Positions 36,257 through 45,731 of a stretch of 64,000 nucleotides of DNA are shown one piece after another. How positions within the stretch are numbered: position 1 is the stretch's first letter; each line of letters begins with the position of its first letter. The translations under genes were made by a program, and so were the position numbers. The notes beneath the pieces were generated by a model. That model was not told the DNA's origin. It ran no database searches and saw only the letters and a program-made list of their open reading frames with translations. Source of the DNA: Escherichia phage ECOP18; sequence record NC_105825.1, one strand, 5' to 3'.

Positions 36257-36958
36257 TCAAATTTTCATTTTTTCGATCATAGCTGCAACACAATAGCTTT
36301 CAACTAAGGCATCAAATGCAGGATCATGCTTAACCGGATAGATCCCATAACGAATAGTGTCCATCTTCTCCATTTTAGCTATTGCCCAGCTAATACCTTC
36401 GGTCTCTAGAGCTTTATAACTGTATCCAGCTTGCATCCAGAGATTACGAAGAGATCGAACATTACCCAAATTCCAGAATTTCCACGGAACTACCTCTTCA
36501 TTAGTTCCAGAATGGAACGTGTTTGCAGAGTAGATAGTCATATCAAACTCTGGGCCATTGCCATAATACAAAGCATTTTCACCTAGAGCCAACTCCATAA
36601 TATTTTGAGCCATAGAGAAGGCAGCATAGTTTGAGCCTAATTTATTAGTGCAATGATGTTTACCATTTTGGAAGGCAATCAGTTTTGGATTACGTTCCTT
36701 CATGGCTTCCATAATGTGGATAGCAGACGGGCTATTTTTAGCTTGATCCATCCAGAATGCTAGAGTAGATGCTGTAACTTTGGCACCAGAATTAAGCTGA
36801 TCCTGCACATCCAAAGTAACAAATACTAGATCAGGGTCTTTATCAATTCCATGCATAGCCACAAAAGCGAAAGAAGGCATTGCGATATGAGTAGTACCAC
36901 AATCTCCTGGAGTTCCCAGAGATTCAATATCTAGCATACCAAATGGTTTTACTTTCAT
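36257..36958 (-). CDS. DEDD-type 3'-5' exonuclease-like protein
   Basis: 233 aa; N-terminal DIESLG resembles the Exo I motif of DnaQ-like exonucleases. Confidence 0.45.
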   Translation of the reverse strand: MKVKPFGMLDIESLGTPGDCGTTHIAMPSFAFVAMHGIDKDPDLVFVTLDVQDQLNSGAKVTASTLAFWMDQAKNSPSAIHIMEAMKERNPKLIAFQNGKHHCTNKLGSNYAAFSMAQNIMELALGENALYYGNGPEFDMTIYSANTFHSGTNEEVVPWKFWNLGNVRSLRNLWMQAGYSYKALETEGISWAIAKMEKMDTIRYGIYPVKHDPAFDALVESYCVAAMIEKMKI

Positions 36959-36986
36959 AACTTATCCTTTATTGTGTAGAAAACTA

Positions 36987-37223
36987 TTAAAGAGCTGTCT
37001 CTTTAATAGACTCCCACTTCTTGGGGTCTTTAAAACCAGGAAGCATATCCTCACCGACATCCCAGTTTTCTTCCATAGAAAAATCGGGCCATTCATCCCA
37101 GCTACCTTCCAATTCTTCGTAACAGGTATCCATTACCTCATGACTAGAAAGTCGTGTATAATCTCTAGCGGACTTATGAGTGCTAGCACGATTAAAGTCA
37201 TTCTTTGCTACAAAATTACGCAT
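36987..37223 (-). CDS. small acidic protein
   Basis: ORF track 78 aa. Confidence 0.4.
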   Translation of the reverse strand: MRNFVAKNDFNRASTHKSARDYTRLSSHEVMDTCYEELEGSWDEWPDFSMEENWDVGEDMLPGFKDPKKWESIKETAL

Positions 37224-37264
37224 AGTTTCTCCAAATAAGAGGGGCTTTCGCCCCCTGATTTAAA

Positions 37265-37480
37265 TTACTTGCCCAGCAGTTTAAGAATATTTTCCATAAT
37301 AGTTTGGGCAGACTTTTCACTCTTGTTGGTTTCAGCCAACTTTAAAGCGAGTTCTTCCTGCTGTTTCTGAATATCAGCAGCGATTTTTTGATCAGCCTCA
37401 ATACGAGCTTGAAGCTCATCAGTGATAGTGGTAAAGGAAGCAATGATTTCAGTAACGGAACGTGGTTTCTTAGAGAACAT
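37265..37480 (-). CDS. hypothetical coiled-coil protein
   Basis: ORF track 71 aa. Confidence 0.45.
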   Translation of the reverse strand: MFSKKPRSVTEIIASFTTITDELQARIEADQKIAADIQKQQEELALKLAETNKSEKSAQTIMENILKLLGK

Positions 37481-37543
37481 AAAAATATCCTTGATTAGTT
37501 AGAGAATCGGTAGATTGTAGGGGCAGAAGCCCCTACTTATCTA

Positions 37544-38059
37544 TTACTTCGCTTTACGCTTGCGAGCTGGTTTAGCAGATTTACGAGCGGAATCACCAGT
37601 GAACTTAATGCCTACACCGTAACACAGAGCGCGAACATTATCTTTACTATACTCTACGCCAAAGATATTTGGCTTAACAGAACCAAACTGTCCACGAGTA
37701 TCACGCAATACATCTGCTGTTGGTTTACGCTTCTGGTTAACTGCCTTCTCATAGTCTTTCATAGACATACCATTACGAGAGAACAATTCAGCCCCAGCGT
37801 TGAAGCTCAGGGAAACTGGGACAGATTTGTGGCCGTAATTTTCTACATACATAACCATTTTGTAAGATTTACGGGTGGTATTTTTAGCTTTAGGCTTTTG
37901 ACGAATCGGAGCCGGATTATTCAGTGCTTGCGCAGCCTGAGCATCGGTAGGATGCTTACGCAGGTGACGTTCCAGACGAGCTTTGCGATTAGCCTCGGTC
38001 TGTGGGAAAGTTTTAACTGCCGGAGCTGCTTGAGTTTTTGCGTTTTTCTGCTTAGCCAT
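37544..38059 (-). CDS. basic, probably nucleic-acid-binding protein
   Basis: 171 aa; Lys/Arg-rich at both termini. Confidence 0.45.
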   Translation of the reverse strand: MAKQKNAKTQAAPAVKTFPQTEANRKARLERHLRKHPTDAQAAQALNNPAPIRQKPKAKNTTRKSYKMVMYVENYGHKSVPVSLSFNAGAELFSRNGMSMKDYEKAVNQKRKPTADVLRDTRGQFGSVKPNIFGVEYSKDNVRALCYGVGIKFTGDSARKSAKPARKRKAK

Positions 38060-38097
38060 TATTTGTTTTCCTTTTTGTTTATCAATTTATGAAGTAT

Positions 38098-38126
38098 ATT
38101 ATACGAGAATTTGAAGCGTTTAGCAA
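38098..38126 (-). promoter_or_regulatory. early sigma70-type promoter (TTGCTA-17-TATAAT)
   Basis: Same architecture. Confidence 0.6.
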
Positions 38127-38142
38127 ATGAATTTTTTAAAAA

Positions 38143-38421
38143 TTATCTACCAACCATCTTAGCTTGTTCGGCATCTGAGACATATTGATACGCTCCTTTA
38201 TTATACGCTGGAGCAGTACACATTTTCTTACGCTCAATCTCTTCTTGAGCTTTTCTTTCGCGTTCAGCTAATTCTTCATCCAGATAAACTAAACGTTGCT
38301 CTGGAGGAGGTGGGAGACGTGTTTCTGGCTCACCAATATTAGCCTTTCTTATTTGACGAGGTGATTGTGCACGTTTTCTCAATGGCTTAAATCCTAATGA
38401 ATTTGAGTTATAAATCCGCAT
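38143..38421 (-). CDS. hypothetical protein
   Basis: ORF track 92 aa. Confidence 0.5.
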   Translation of the reverse strand: MRIYNSNSLGFKPLRKRAQSPRQIRKANIGEPETRLPPPPEQRLVYLDEELAERERKAQEEIERKKMCTAPAYNKGAYQYVSDAEQAKMVGR

Positions 38422-38448
38422 AAAGCCCTCCTCACTTTCAATACGAAT

Positions 38449-38477
38449 ATTATACTAAATTAGAGGGCTTTAAGCAA
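38449..38477 (-). promoter_or_regulatory. early sigma70-type promoter (TTGCTT-17-TATAAT)
   Basis: Same architecture. Confidence 0.55.
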
Positions 38478-38497
38478 GAAAATTTTTAATTTATTTA

Positions 38498-38974
38498 TTA
38501 CATCTCGGCAAGTTCTTGCTCGGTAATAACTGTGTTACACAATGCATCTACAGCCTCATTACCACTAATACCAGAATGCCCTTTAACCTTAATAAAGGTA
38601 GGATTAGTATTATGAAAGTTGATATACTGCTGTGTTAATCTAAATGCTTCCTGCCAAAGTTCTAGATTAAGAGGGACTTCACCATCTGCTTTCTTCCAAC
38701 CTTTCCTTTGCCAAGAAAACATCCAACTTTCCATACCATTTTTGCAATAAGCAGAGTCAGTATAGATAGCAATTGGTCTATTATCTTTTCTAACAGACCA
38801 ACGTAGAGCTTCTACAATAGCTGTGAGTTCCATCTCATTATTTGTAGTTTTAGGATTATAACCAGATTTAGAACCTAAACGATCGTCGTTATCATCATAG
38901 ACAATAAAACCCCAAGCACCTGGACCTGGATTAGACTTACAAGCACCATCTGTGTAAATGTGGAAAACCGACAT
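38498..38974 (-). CDS. rnh: ribonuclease H
   Basis: 158 aa; DGACKSNPGPGAWGF N-terminal motif and conserved acidic residues of RNase HI. Confidence 0.7.
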   Translation of the reverse strand: MSVFHIYTDGACKSNPGPGAWGFIVYDDNDDRLGSKSGYNPKTTNNEMELTAIVEALRWSVRKDNRPIAIYTDSAYCKNGMESWMFSWQRKGWKKADGEVPLNLELWQEAFRLTQQYINFHNTNPTFIKVKGHSGISGNEAVDALCNTVITEQELAEM

Positions 38975-39237
38975 TATTTTTCACCTTCTGTTACAACTCT
39001 AGTTTTTGGCGGAGTAGGAGGCATTGGTGGAACTCTTTGGTACTCTCTTTGTGGACCATTTGATGCTAAACACGGCTCAGGAGGCTTAGGTTTTATAACC
39101 TCTAATTCCCTATCCAAGAATTCCTCTATTGCTCTATCTACAAAGTAGTCATAAGGTAAATGATAGTATTCTGATAGAGTAAGAAGTTTATGTTCTTGCC
39201 TTTCTGTTAAATAAATTTTCTTTCTAAAGAGTCCCAT
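38974..39237 (-). CDS. hypothetical protein
   Basis: ORF track 87 aa. Confidence 0.5.
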   Translation of the reverse strand: MGLFRKKIYLTERQEHKLLTLSEYYHLPYDYFVDRAIEEFLDRELEVIKPKPPEPCLASNGPQREYQRVPPMPPTPPKTRVVTEGEK

Positions 39238-39263
39238 ATGTGTACCTCCAATTTATAAAATAT

Positions 39264-39293
39264 ATTATATTTAAATTTCACTAAATAAGCAAA
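39264..39293 (-). promoter_or_regulatory. early sigma70-type promoter (TTGCTT-18-TATAAT)
   Basis: Same family. Confidence 0.5.
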
Positions 39294-39331
39294 TGAAATT
39301 TAAATATAATAGCCCCGAAGGGCTATTTAAA

Positions 39332-40171
39332 TTAAGAAGACATTTTAGCTTTAAGAGCTGGATGCGGATCATATCCTTCAAGCTGGAAGGACCAAGCCGC
39401 AGTATTATTCTCTAATAAATCATAAAGGTCTACAAATTCTGGCATTACTAGAGTTGGCAGAGGACGTGGTTTACGTTTCAGTTGCTCCTCTACTTGCTCT
39501 ATATGATCACTGTAAATGTGTGTATCTCCACCACTAAAGATGAGATAACGAGGTTTTAGCCCAGTCAGTTTTGCCAGGATATGTGTTAATAAAGCATAAC
39601 TAGCAATATTGAAAGGTAGGCCTAGAAAACAGTCTACAGAACGTTGTGTCCATTTAAGATCTAAGTATCCATCATTACTTACGTAACACTGGAAACCATA
39701 GTGACATGGTGGTAGTGCCATCTTATCTAGTTCGGCAACGTTCCATGCAGATACTAGGTGTCTACGACCATGTGGATTATTCTTGAGACCCTCAATGAGT
39801 TCTGTGATCTGATCTCGTCCACCAAAGTTGCGCCATTGTTTACCATATACTGGTCCCAGATTACCTCTGTCATAACCCATGCTTATGGCTTGGTCTTCAT
39901 AATTTGGAGTCCAGATAGTCCACTGTCCTTCGTCACGCCCAAATGTGGATACTCGCAAATCATGGAGATTTGTAGATCCAGATAAAAACCATAAGAGTTC
40001 TCCAACTACCGATTTCCAAGCTAGACGTTTAGTGGTTACGGCAGGGAACCCCTCACGTAGGTCGAACTTAGCATAGGAATCAAAAATTGAAACTGTGCCT
40101 GTTCCTGTACGATCGTTACGTGGTTCGCCTAGTAGAATTACATCTGTTAGAATTTTTAAATATTGTTGCAT
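39332..40171 (-). CDS. thyA: thymidylate synthase
   Basis: 279 aa; GEPRNDRTGTGT, LAWKSVVGELLWFLSG, PPCH motifs. Confidence 0.85.
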   Translation of the reverse strand: MQQYLKILTDVILLGEPRNDRTGTGTVSIFDSYAKFDLREGFPAVTTKRLAWKSVVGELLWFLSGSTNLHDLRVSTFGRDEGQWTIWTPNYEDQAISMGYDRGNLGPVYGKQWRNFGGRDQITELIEGLKNNPHGRRHLVSAWNVAELDKMALPPCHYGFQCYVSNDGYLDLKWTQRSVDCFLGLPFNIASYALLTHILAKLTGLKPRYLIFSGGDTHIYSDHIEQVEEQLKRKPRPLPTLVMPEFVDLYDLLENNTAAWSFQLEGYDPHPALKAKMSS

Positions 40172-40704
40172 TAATAAGTAACCAATTCCTGTACAAATCG
40201 CAGGCTGTTATCACTGTTTGCGCCAGTTGCGTAAACTAAACGAGTAGATTCATAGTTGTAATCTAGAATCGTATTATCCAGATGTACATCTGCCTCTAGT
40301 TTTTGATCACTAAAGATTGTGGATACGAAAGCACTTTCAATATGACCGTGAATATACATTTCGTACAGTAATGTTGCGCCACCTAAAACCACTGTCTGTT
40401 GATCTTTTAAGAACGTAGGCAATGTATCCCCAATCTTAGAAATTGGGGTGTAAATATCATGTGTAATATCGTCTGGCAGTGGACGATCAGCACGAATAAA
40501 TAGATCAGAAGCTCCAATCATACGTTCCCTAACGGCGTATGGAAGAGCTAAATAAGTACCAGCACCAATGATGATGTTATCTGGATTCAACACGTCCAGT
40601 TGAGAATAGAAAGCATCTAGTTCTTCTTTGAAGGAAGCCCACGGAAGTTTACCGCGGAGGCCGAACTCCCCATTCGGCCCAACTGCATACATTGCTGTAA
40701 TCAT
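40171..40704 (-). CDS. dihydrofolate reductase
   Basis: 177 aa; DHFR-like N-terminus (MITAMYAVGPNGEFGLRGKLPW); adjacent to thyA. Confidence 0.65.
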   Translation of the reverse strand: MITAMYAVGPNGEFGLRGKLPWASFKEELDAFYSQLDVLNPDNIIIGAGTYLALPYAVRERMIGASDLFIRADRPLPDDITHDIYTPISKIGDTLPTFLKDQQTVVLGGATLLYEMYIHGHIESAFVSTIFSDQKLEADVHLDNTILDYNYESTRLVYATGANSDNSLRFVQELVTY

Positions 40705-41846
40705 AAGAAATCTCCAAATTCATTACCCAGATCTTTCAGAGTATCAGTAGAGGTTTCGGTGACTTGACCTACACGATATGCTGCACCAATCTGGATTTCT
40801 TGTGGAGCAGGCTGTAAAGAAGTGGTATCCAGCCAGTTCATGATCCACGGAATGGGGTTCTTGGTGATTACTGGTAAATGACTAGGCCATTCTACACCAA
40901 TGTGCATAAATGCATTACGCCCCACAAAGTACAGATATTCTTCTAGAAGTTCTGCATTCAAGCCAATCAGACTACGACCTTTGAAAATGAAATGACCCCA
41001 TTCAATTTCAGTTTTCAAAGTTTTCAGGAGCTGTGCTGGTGCTTTAGCCACTGCTTCATCTACCAGATCTTTGTCAAACTGCTGGAACATAATCTGGATG
41101 ATTGCTTTGGACATCTGAGTGTGCAGAGCTTCATCTTTAGCGATTAATTGCAGATTTTTAGCAATACCTTGCAGAATATCGTTCTCTGCTAATGCAAAGG
41201 TACATGCAAAGGATGCGTAAAACTGCATTGCTTCCAGACCATAGATCGCAAAGTAAGCGTCTAATAGTTTAGCCTGAGTTTCACGTTTAACTTCAGGGAA
41301 CTCAGTTTCTGGATATGTATTGTCGCCACGATGATCGCGTACTGCGATGAAATACTGACCTAACTGATATAGCTCATCAAATAGCTCAACAGAATCAGCG
41401 ATTCGTGCGAATGCTTCCTGGTTTTTGGTTACAGAATCAATAAATTCTGCTGGGTCAGTCAGCACATTACGAATAATATTACTATAAGCACGACTATGCA
41501 GATCTTCGAAGTAGCTCCACTGCTTGAGCATACCTTCCAATTCTGGACGGCTTACAAGCGGCATAATAGCTGCTTCAGGGGCACGACTGATAAAGGAGTC
41601 GGTTTGGGTTTGCCATGCTAAGTTCAGGAGTGTAATTTCCTGAATTTCACGTGGGAGATTAGGCCATTGTTTCTTATCTGCTTCCAGACTGATTTCAGTT
41701 TCAGTCCAAAATTGAGAGCGTTGCAGTAGTGCCAGACGTTCTAGTTCTGAATGTGCTACACGTACATAATCTGCGATACCGAGAGAATCTCCCAGGAAAA
41801 GGTCAGCGTTAGTATGATCCCAATTCAGGTTTAGTAAAGTAGTCAT
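40701..41846 (-). CDS. nrdB: ribonucleotide reductase class Ia beta subunit
   Basis: 381 aa ferritin-like protein with conserved E/H iron ligands; directly downstream of nrdA. Confidence 0.75.
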   Translation of the reverse strand: MTTLLNLNWDHTNADLFLGDSLGIADYVRVAHSELERLALLQRSQFWTETEISLEADKKQWPNLPREIQEITLLNLAWQTQTDSFISRAPEAAIMPLVSRPELEGMLKQWSYFEDLHSRAYSNIIRNVLTDPAEFIDSVTKNQEAFARIADSVELFDELYQLGQYFIAVRDHRGDNTYPETEFPEVKRETQAKLLDAYFAIYGLEAMQFYASFACTFALAENDILQGIAKNLQLIAKDEALHTQMSKAIIQIMFQQFDKDLVDEAVAKAPAQLLKTLKTEIEWGHFIFKGRSLIGLNAELLEEYLYFVGRNAFMHIGVEWPSHLPVITKNPIPWIMNWLDTTSLQPAPQEIQIGAAYRVGQVTETSTDTLKDLGNEFGDFL

Positions 41847-41877
41847 TGATTTTCCTCTTTCTCACTATTTCAGGAAT

Positions 41878-41906
41878 ATTATAGCAAATCTGGTAGCGAT
41901 TAGCAA
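41878..41906 (-). promoter_or_regulatory. early sigma70-type promoter (TTGCTA-17-TATAAT) upstream of nrdB
   Basis: Same architecture. Confidence 0.55.
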
Positions 41907-41952
41907 GTAAAATTTCAAAGAAAAAGGAGACCCGAAGATCTCCTTGTTTTTA

Positions 41953-44283
41953 TTAAATAGTACAACCACCGGATGCACAACCTGCTGCTTCTTCTCCAGC
42001 ACCTCCACCATTTGCGGTATTGAAGTTAGCATAATACCAAGTTTTCCACCCATACTTAACAGCAGTCATGAAATCACGAACTACTACTGGGCCAGGAATA
42101 ATTTCATTCTCAAACTTGGTGTAGTCATAGTACATATTCGTACTGATAGACTGACTGAAGAATTTCTGCATAGTTGCTACCCATTTGATCCACTCGATAC
42201 GATCTACATCATAAGCCAGTTTATAGCTCATTAACGTTTCCCAATCGGTTGCACCCGGGGCAATTGCAATTACTTTATTCACTGCACTACCTTTGATAGA
42301 TACAATCTTACGAGGCGGTTCAATAGAGTTAGTAACACCTAACAGAACAGAAGAACTTTCTCCCGGCATCTGAGCAGTCAGAACAGAGTTACGCATACCG
42401 TATTTCAGAATATCTGCACGTAGAGACTCCCAATCCATTTCTAGACCTACGGATACCAGTTCATCAACAGTTTTCTTATACGTGTCGATTACTAGAATTC
42501 CTTTAGATGGTTTAGTACGATCAAACCACTCACATGCACCCTGTTCTTTAGCCAGGCGTACAGAGGCTTTATGCAGGAAGTAAGACAGTTTTTCAGCCTC
42601 ACGGTGAATCCAGTTACGGGCTTCAATACCTTCGTAAGCCAGACCTTCTGCTGCCATTGCACCCGCTGCATTCATCAGGCCAATACCAACATTACGACGT
42701 TTCTTAGCCGTATATTCCATAGTTGGGAACGGATAATCCTGAATTTCAATAATTGTATCAACGAATTTCAGAAGGATGTAGCAAGTTTTTTCCCACTCAG
42801 CCAGAGATTCCATGCGTCCAAGTACAACACCACCTAAGTTACACAGGGATACTTCACCAATATCCTCCGGCTTCATTTGATCAAGCTGCTCTTTTGTCTT
42901 ATACAGCTCTGTAATATGATGGAACGGGCGTGTAGGCTGAGTAATTTCAACACAAAGGTTTGTCATGCGGATCGGATCAAGGAAGTTACCGTGACGATTG
43001 GATTCCCCAATGTGGTGAGCATACATACGTCCTGTTTCCATTCGGATACGTAGCCAAGTATCTAGGATTTCTTTTGCAGAGACCTTAGGAGCTGCTGGAA
43101 CTGTCTTTCCTTCGTGGTCGATCTTTGTAAGAGATGCCACACGTTTCTCCGCTGCCACATAGATTTCTTCAAATTTAGCCTCGTCATCACTATAAAACGC
43201 CTCATGAACTTCTGGAGCATAGAAGTATGACATTAGCGTAATATCTTCGTTTTTCAGATAACGTTTTAACAAAAGATTGTTGAAGCTCAGAGAATAATCC
43301 ATCTTATCGATTTTATTCTCATCTGTAGCACGTTGTTGCTTAACCTGCATCAATTGAATGATTTCAGGATCGAAATATGGATAAGACACTGTAGCAGAAC
43401 CACCACGAGTTTGCTGAGTATTGGCCTTTACTGAGCGGTCAATGTGTCGATAATATGGCAGTTTTCCGGAATGCGGGAATGCCCCATTTCGCACCGGATC
43501 AGCAATTGATCGGCTTTCAAGATGATACCCGATTCCCGCTCTGGCTGCGACCATTTTGAAGACGATGTGCTCGGCGGTGTCGATTGAATCCAACGTGTCA
43601 GTGGAATCCACGAGACAGCAACTAGCAAATCCACGGTCACTAGAGCGCAAGCCAACCAATGGCGGCGTAGGAATGTTGATTTTGTGTAGCGACATTGCGT
43701 TGTAGAGGTCGATTGCATCTAGAATTGTCCAATTAGGTTGAGATAACATCGCCATTGCCATACCCATATAGGCAAATTGCGGAGTTTCGTAAATTTCGCC
43801 AGTTGCGATATTACGACGGGAATACTTATCAAAGAATTGTTTCAATCCTCCGCTAGTGAAAAGACGGTCACGATCATGGTCAATAACCTGATTCAAAGCC
43901 TCAAACTGCTCATCGGTAATCCATGCACTCATGTCTTCCCATGCACCTACACTAACCATATGATCGTGGAAGAAGCGTAGAGAAGGTGGTTCGAAGGAAT
44001 CATAAAGGCGTTTACGCATCTGCGCAAGACGTAATTCCTTTGCTGGCACGTCGTATGCTGGGTTATCTTTAATAAGACTTTCAGCAGCCTTAATTAAAGC
44101 ATCCATCAGAGTGTCGGAATCCACAACCCCTTTAGGCAGAGTTTTTTGGGCAGCCATAGTAATGGCAGACCAACTTACATCAACTGTTTTACAACCATAC
44201 TCTGCCCAACCATTGAGTTTTTCAGGAGCAAAGTCTTCTACAGTACCGTCACGTTTAATTACTTTTTCAATGCGATGGCTCAT
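41953..44283 (-). CDS. nrdA: ribonucleotide reductase class Ia alpha subunit
   Basis: ORF track frame, start moved to MSHRIEKVIKRDG (ATP-cone-like N-terminus) with RBS; C-terminal Cys-containing tail; about 776 aa. Confidence 0.8.
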   Translation of the reverse strand: MSHRIEKVIKRDGTVEDFAPEKLNGWAEYGCKTVDVSWSAITMAAQKTLPKGVVDSDTLMDALIKAAESLIKDNPAYDVPAKELRLAQMRKRLYDSFEPPSLRFFHDHMVSVGAWEDMSAWITDEQFEALNQVIDHDRDRLFTSGGLKQFFDKYSRRNIATGEIYETPQFAYMGMAMAMLSQPNWTILDAIDLYNAMSLHKINIPTPPLVGLRSSDRGFASCCLVDSTDTLDSIDTAEHIVFKMVAARAGIGYHLESRSIADPVRNGAFPHSGKLPYYRHIDRSVKANTQQTRGGSATVSYPYFDPEIIQLMQVKQQRATDENKIDKMDYSLSFNNLLLKRYLKNEDITLMSYFYAPEVHEAFYSDDEAKFEEIYVAAEKRVASLTKIDHEGKTVPAAPKVSAKEILDTWLRIRMETGRMYAHHIGESNRHGNFLDPIRMTNLCVEITQPTRPFHHITELYKTKEQLDQMKPEDIGEVSLCNLGGVVLGRMESLAEWEKTCYILLKFVDTIIEIQDYPFPTMEYTAKKRRNVGIGLMNAAGAMAAEGLAYEGIEARNWIHREAEKLSYFLHKASVRLAKEQGACEWFDRTKPSKGILVIDTYKKTVDELVSVGLEMDWESLRADILKYGMRNSVLTAQMPGESSSVLLGVTNSIEPPRKIVSIKGSAVNKVIAIAPGATDWETLMSYKLAYDVDRIEWIKWVATMQKFFSQSISTNMYYDYTKFENEIIPGPVVVRDFMTAVKYGWKTWYYANFNTANGGGAGEEAAGCASGGCTI

Positions 44284-44626
44284 TTGGTTTTCCTTTTTAT
44301 AGTTATCAGGATTTAGGAAATAGTTTACTTTATTCTCAGTCATTTGGCAAATAAAATTTTCTGATAGAAAAGGCCCGAGTATTTTCATACCCAGGCCTTC
44401 TGTGTTGTCAGTCTAGTTTTTGGCCACTTAAGTTCTCAGCAGAATATCTATCGAGGTACTTAGTTCATTATAATTGAAGGGCCGATTTGGATTTGAGGTT
44501 ACAATTTTCCACGCTAGGGTAGTCTTAGGACTTTCTTCCCCTTCCTTACGTGTAATCATATTAGCAGCACTCAGTGAAGTACGATGTATTTTAGTTTTAC
44601 GGTGTAGATGTACAACGTCTCCCATA

Positions 44627-45388
44627 TTACACCTTCCCCATGTCTTTAAAAATATCGTAGAATGCTTTAGACTCAGCAGAACGAACGTTATCAATCAATT
44701 CGATCATTGAGAATGGGGCATTTTCGTATTTCTCATAGACTTCCATAAGTAGTGCTAGACCTGAGTCACATTTAATGTCTTTCTGAGCTATATCTCCGCA
44801 GATAATTAAACGGCAGTCTTGTCCTACACGAGTTAGGAGACAAATCATTGCCTCAACGGAAATATTCTGAGCTTCATCGACAATTACATAGGAGTTGTTG
44901 AAAGTTCTGCCACGAGCATGTTCTACAGCCAAAAATTTAATTTTCTGACGTTCGACATATCCCTTATAGGCATGATCACCGATGGCCCATTTCATACCAT
45001 CAGCTATTGGCTCTAACCAAGGCTCTAGCTTTTCCGCTAGATCACCAGGAAGCATACCAAGAGACTTACCTAGAGGTTCATTAGGACGTACGAGGATCAC
45101 TTGCTCAATATCTGAGTGAATGTCTACGAGTTCCTGAGCTGCAAGAACAGACGGGATAAAGGTTTTACCAGTACCTGGCTCACCGATACCCACAGTCACT
45201 GTGTTGTTCTTGATCATATTGATATATGATTTTTGCTCGCGGTTTTTACCTACTAGGGATTTAGCAACTGGGTTAGCGTAATCATTAGAAAAATCAGCCT
45301 GAATTACGTTATTCTCATATTTGTTGCCACGCTTTCTTGAACCATTGCGGTTCTCTCTTTTTTGACGTGCTTTTCCCATAAATAACAC
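44627..45388 (-). CDS. phoH: PhoH-like ATPase
   Basis: 253 aa; Walker A GEPGTGKT and PhoH-like Walker B region. Confidence 0.75.
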   Translation of the reverse strand: MLFMGKARQKRENRNGSRKRGNKYENNVIQADFSNDYANPVAKSLVGKNREQKSYINMIKNNTVTVGIGEPGTGKTFIPSVLAAQELVDIHSDIEQVILVRPNEPLGKSLGMLPGDLAEKLEPWLEPIADGMKWAIGDHAYKGYVERQKIKFLAVEHARGRTFNNSYVIVDEAQNISVEAMICLLTRVGQDCRLIICGDIAQKDIKCDSGLALLMEVYEKYENAPFSMIELIDNVRSAESKAFYDIFKDMGKV

Positions 45389-45452
45389 TCCTATAGTGTA
45401 CTTCGCTAACAGAGGATCAACAAAAAGATCTTGTTTATCAACTTACAAATAT

Positions 45453-45481
45453 ATTATACCAATATATACAGTAAAAAGCAA
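45453..45481 (-). promoter_or_regulatory. early sigma70-type promoter (TTGCTT-17-TATAAT) for phoH
   Basis: Same architecture. Confidence 0.6.
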
Positions 45482-45673
45482 CTACAATTTTAAATAAGCC
45501 TATGATATTGCATTTAAATAAAAAATTTGCTTGCTTTTAACGTGAGATGTGTGATACTAGATAATCATTTTATATCGCGTGCACGAGTGCGTGATTATAC
45601 AATTTTTAATAGAGATTGGCAAATAAAATTTTTTGACTCAGATCATGTTACAGAACTTTATAGTAAAATATTG

Positions 45674-45702
45674 TTGACATCCGCCCTCGAATGAGTTATA
45701 AT
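45674..45702 (+). promoter_or_regulatory. sigma70 promoter TTGACA-17-TATAAT for nrdD
   Basis: Perfect consensus hexamers, 17-bp spacer, about 30 nt upstream of the nrdD ATG. Confidence 0.65.
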
Positions 45703-45731
45703 AGTAGTCTTAGTTAGAGAAGGAGAGTATA

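Noticed and set aside
42571-44302. Four short plus-strand ORFs (60-96 aa)
   Set aside because: All lie antisense inside nrdA.
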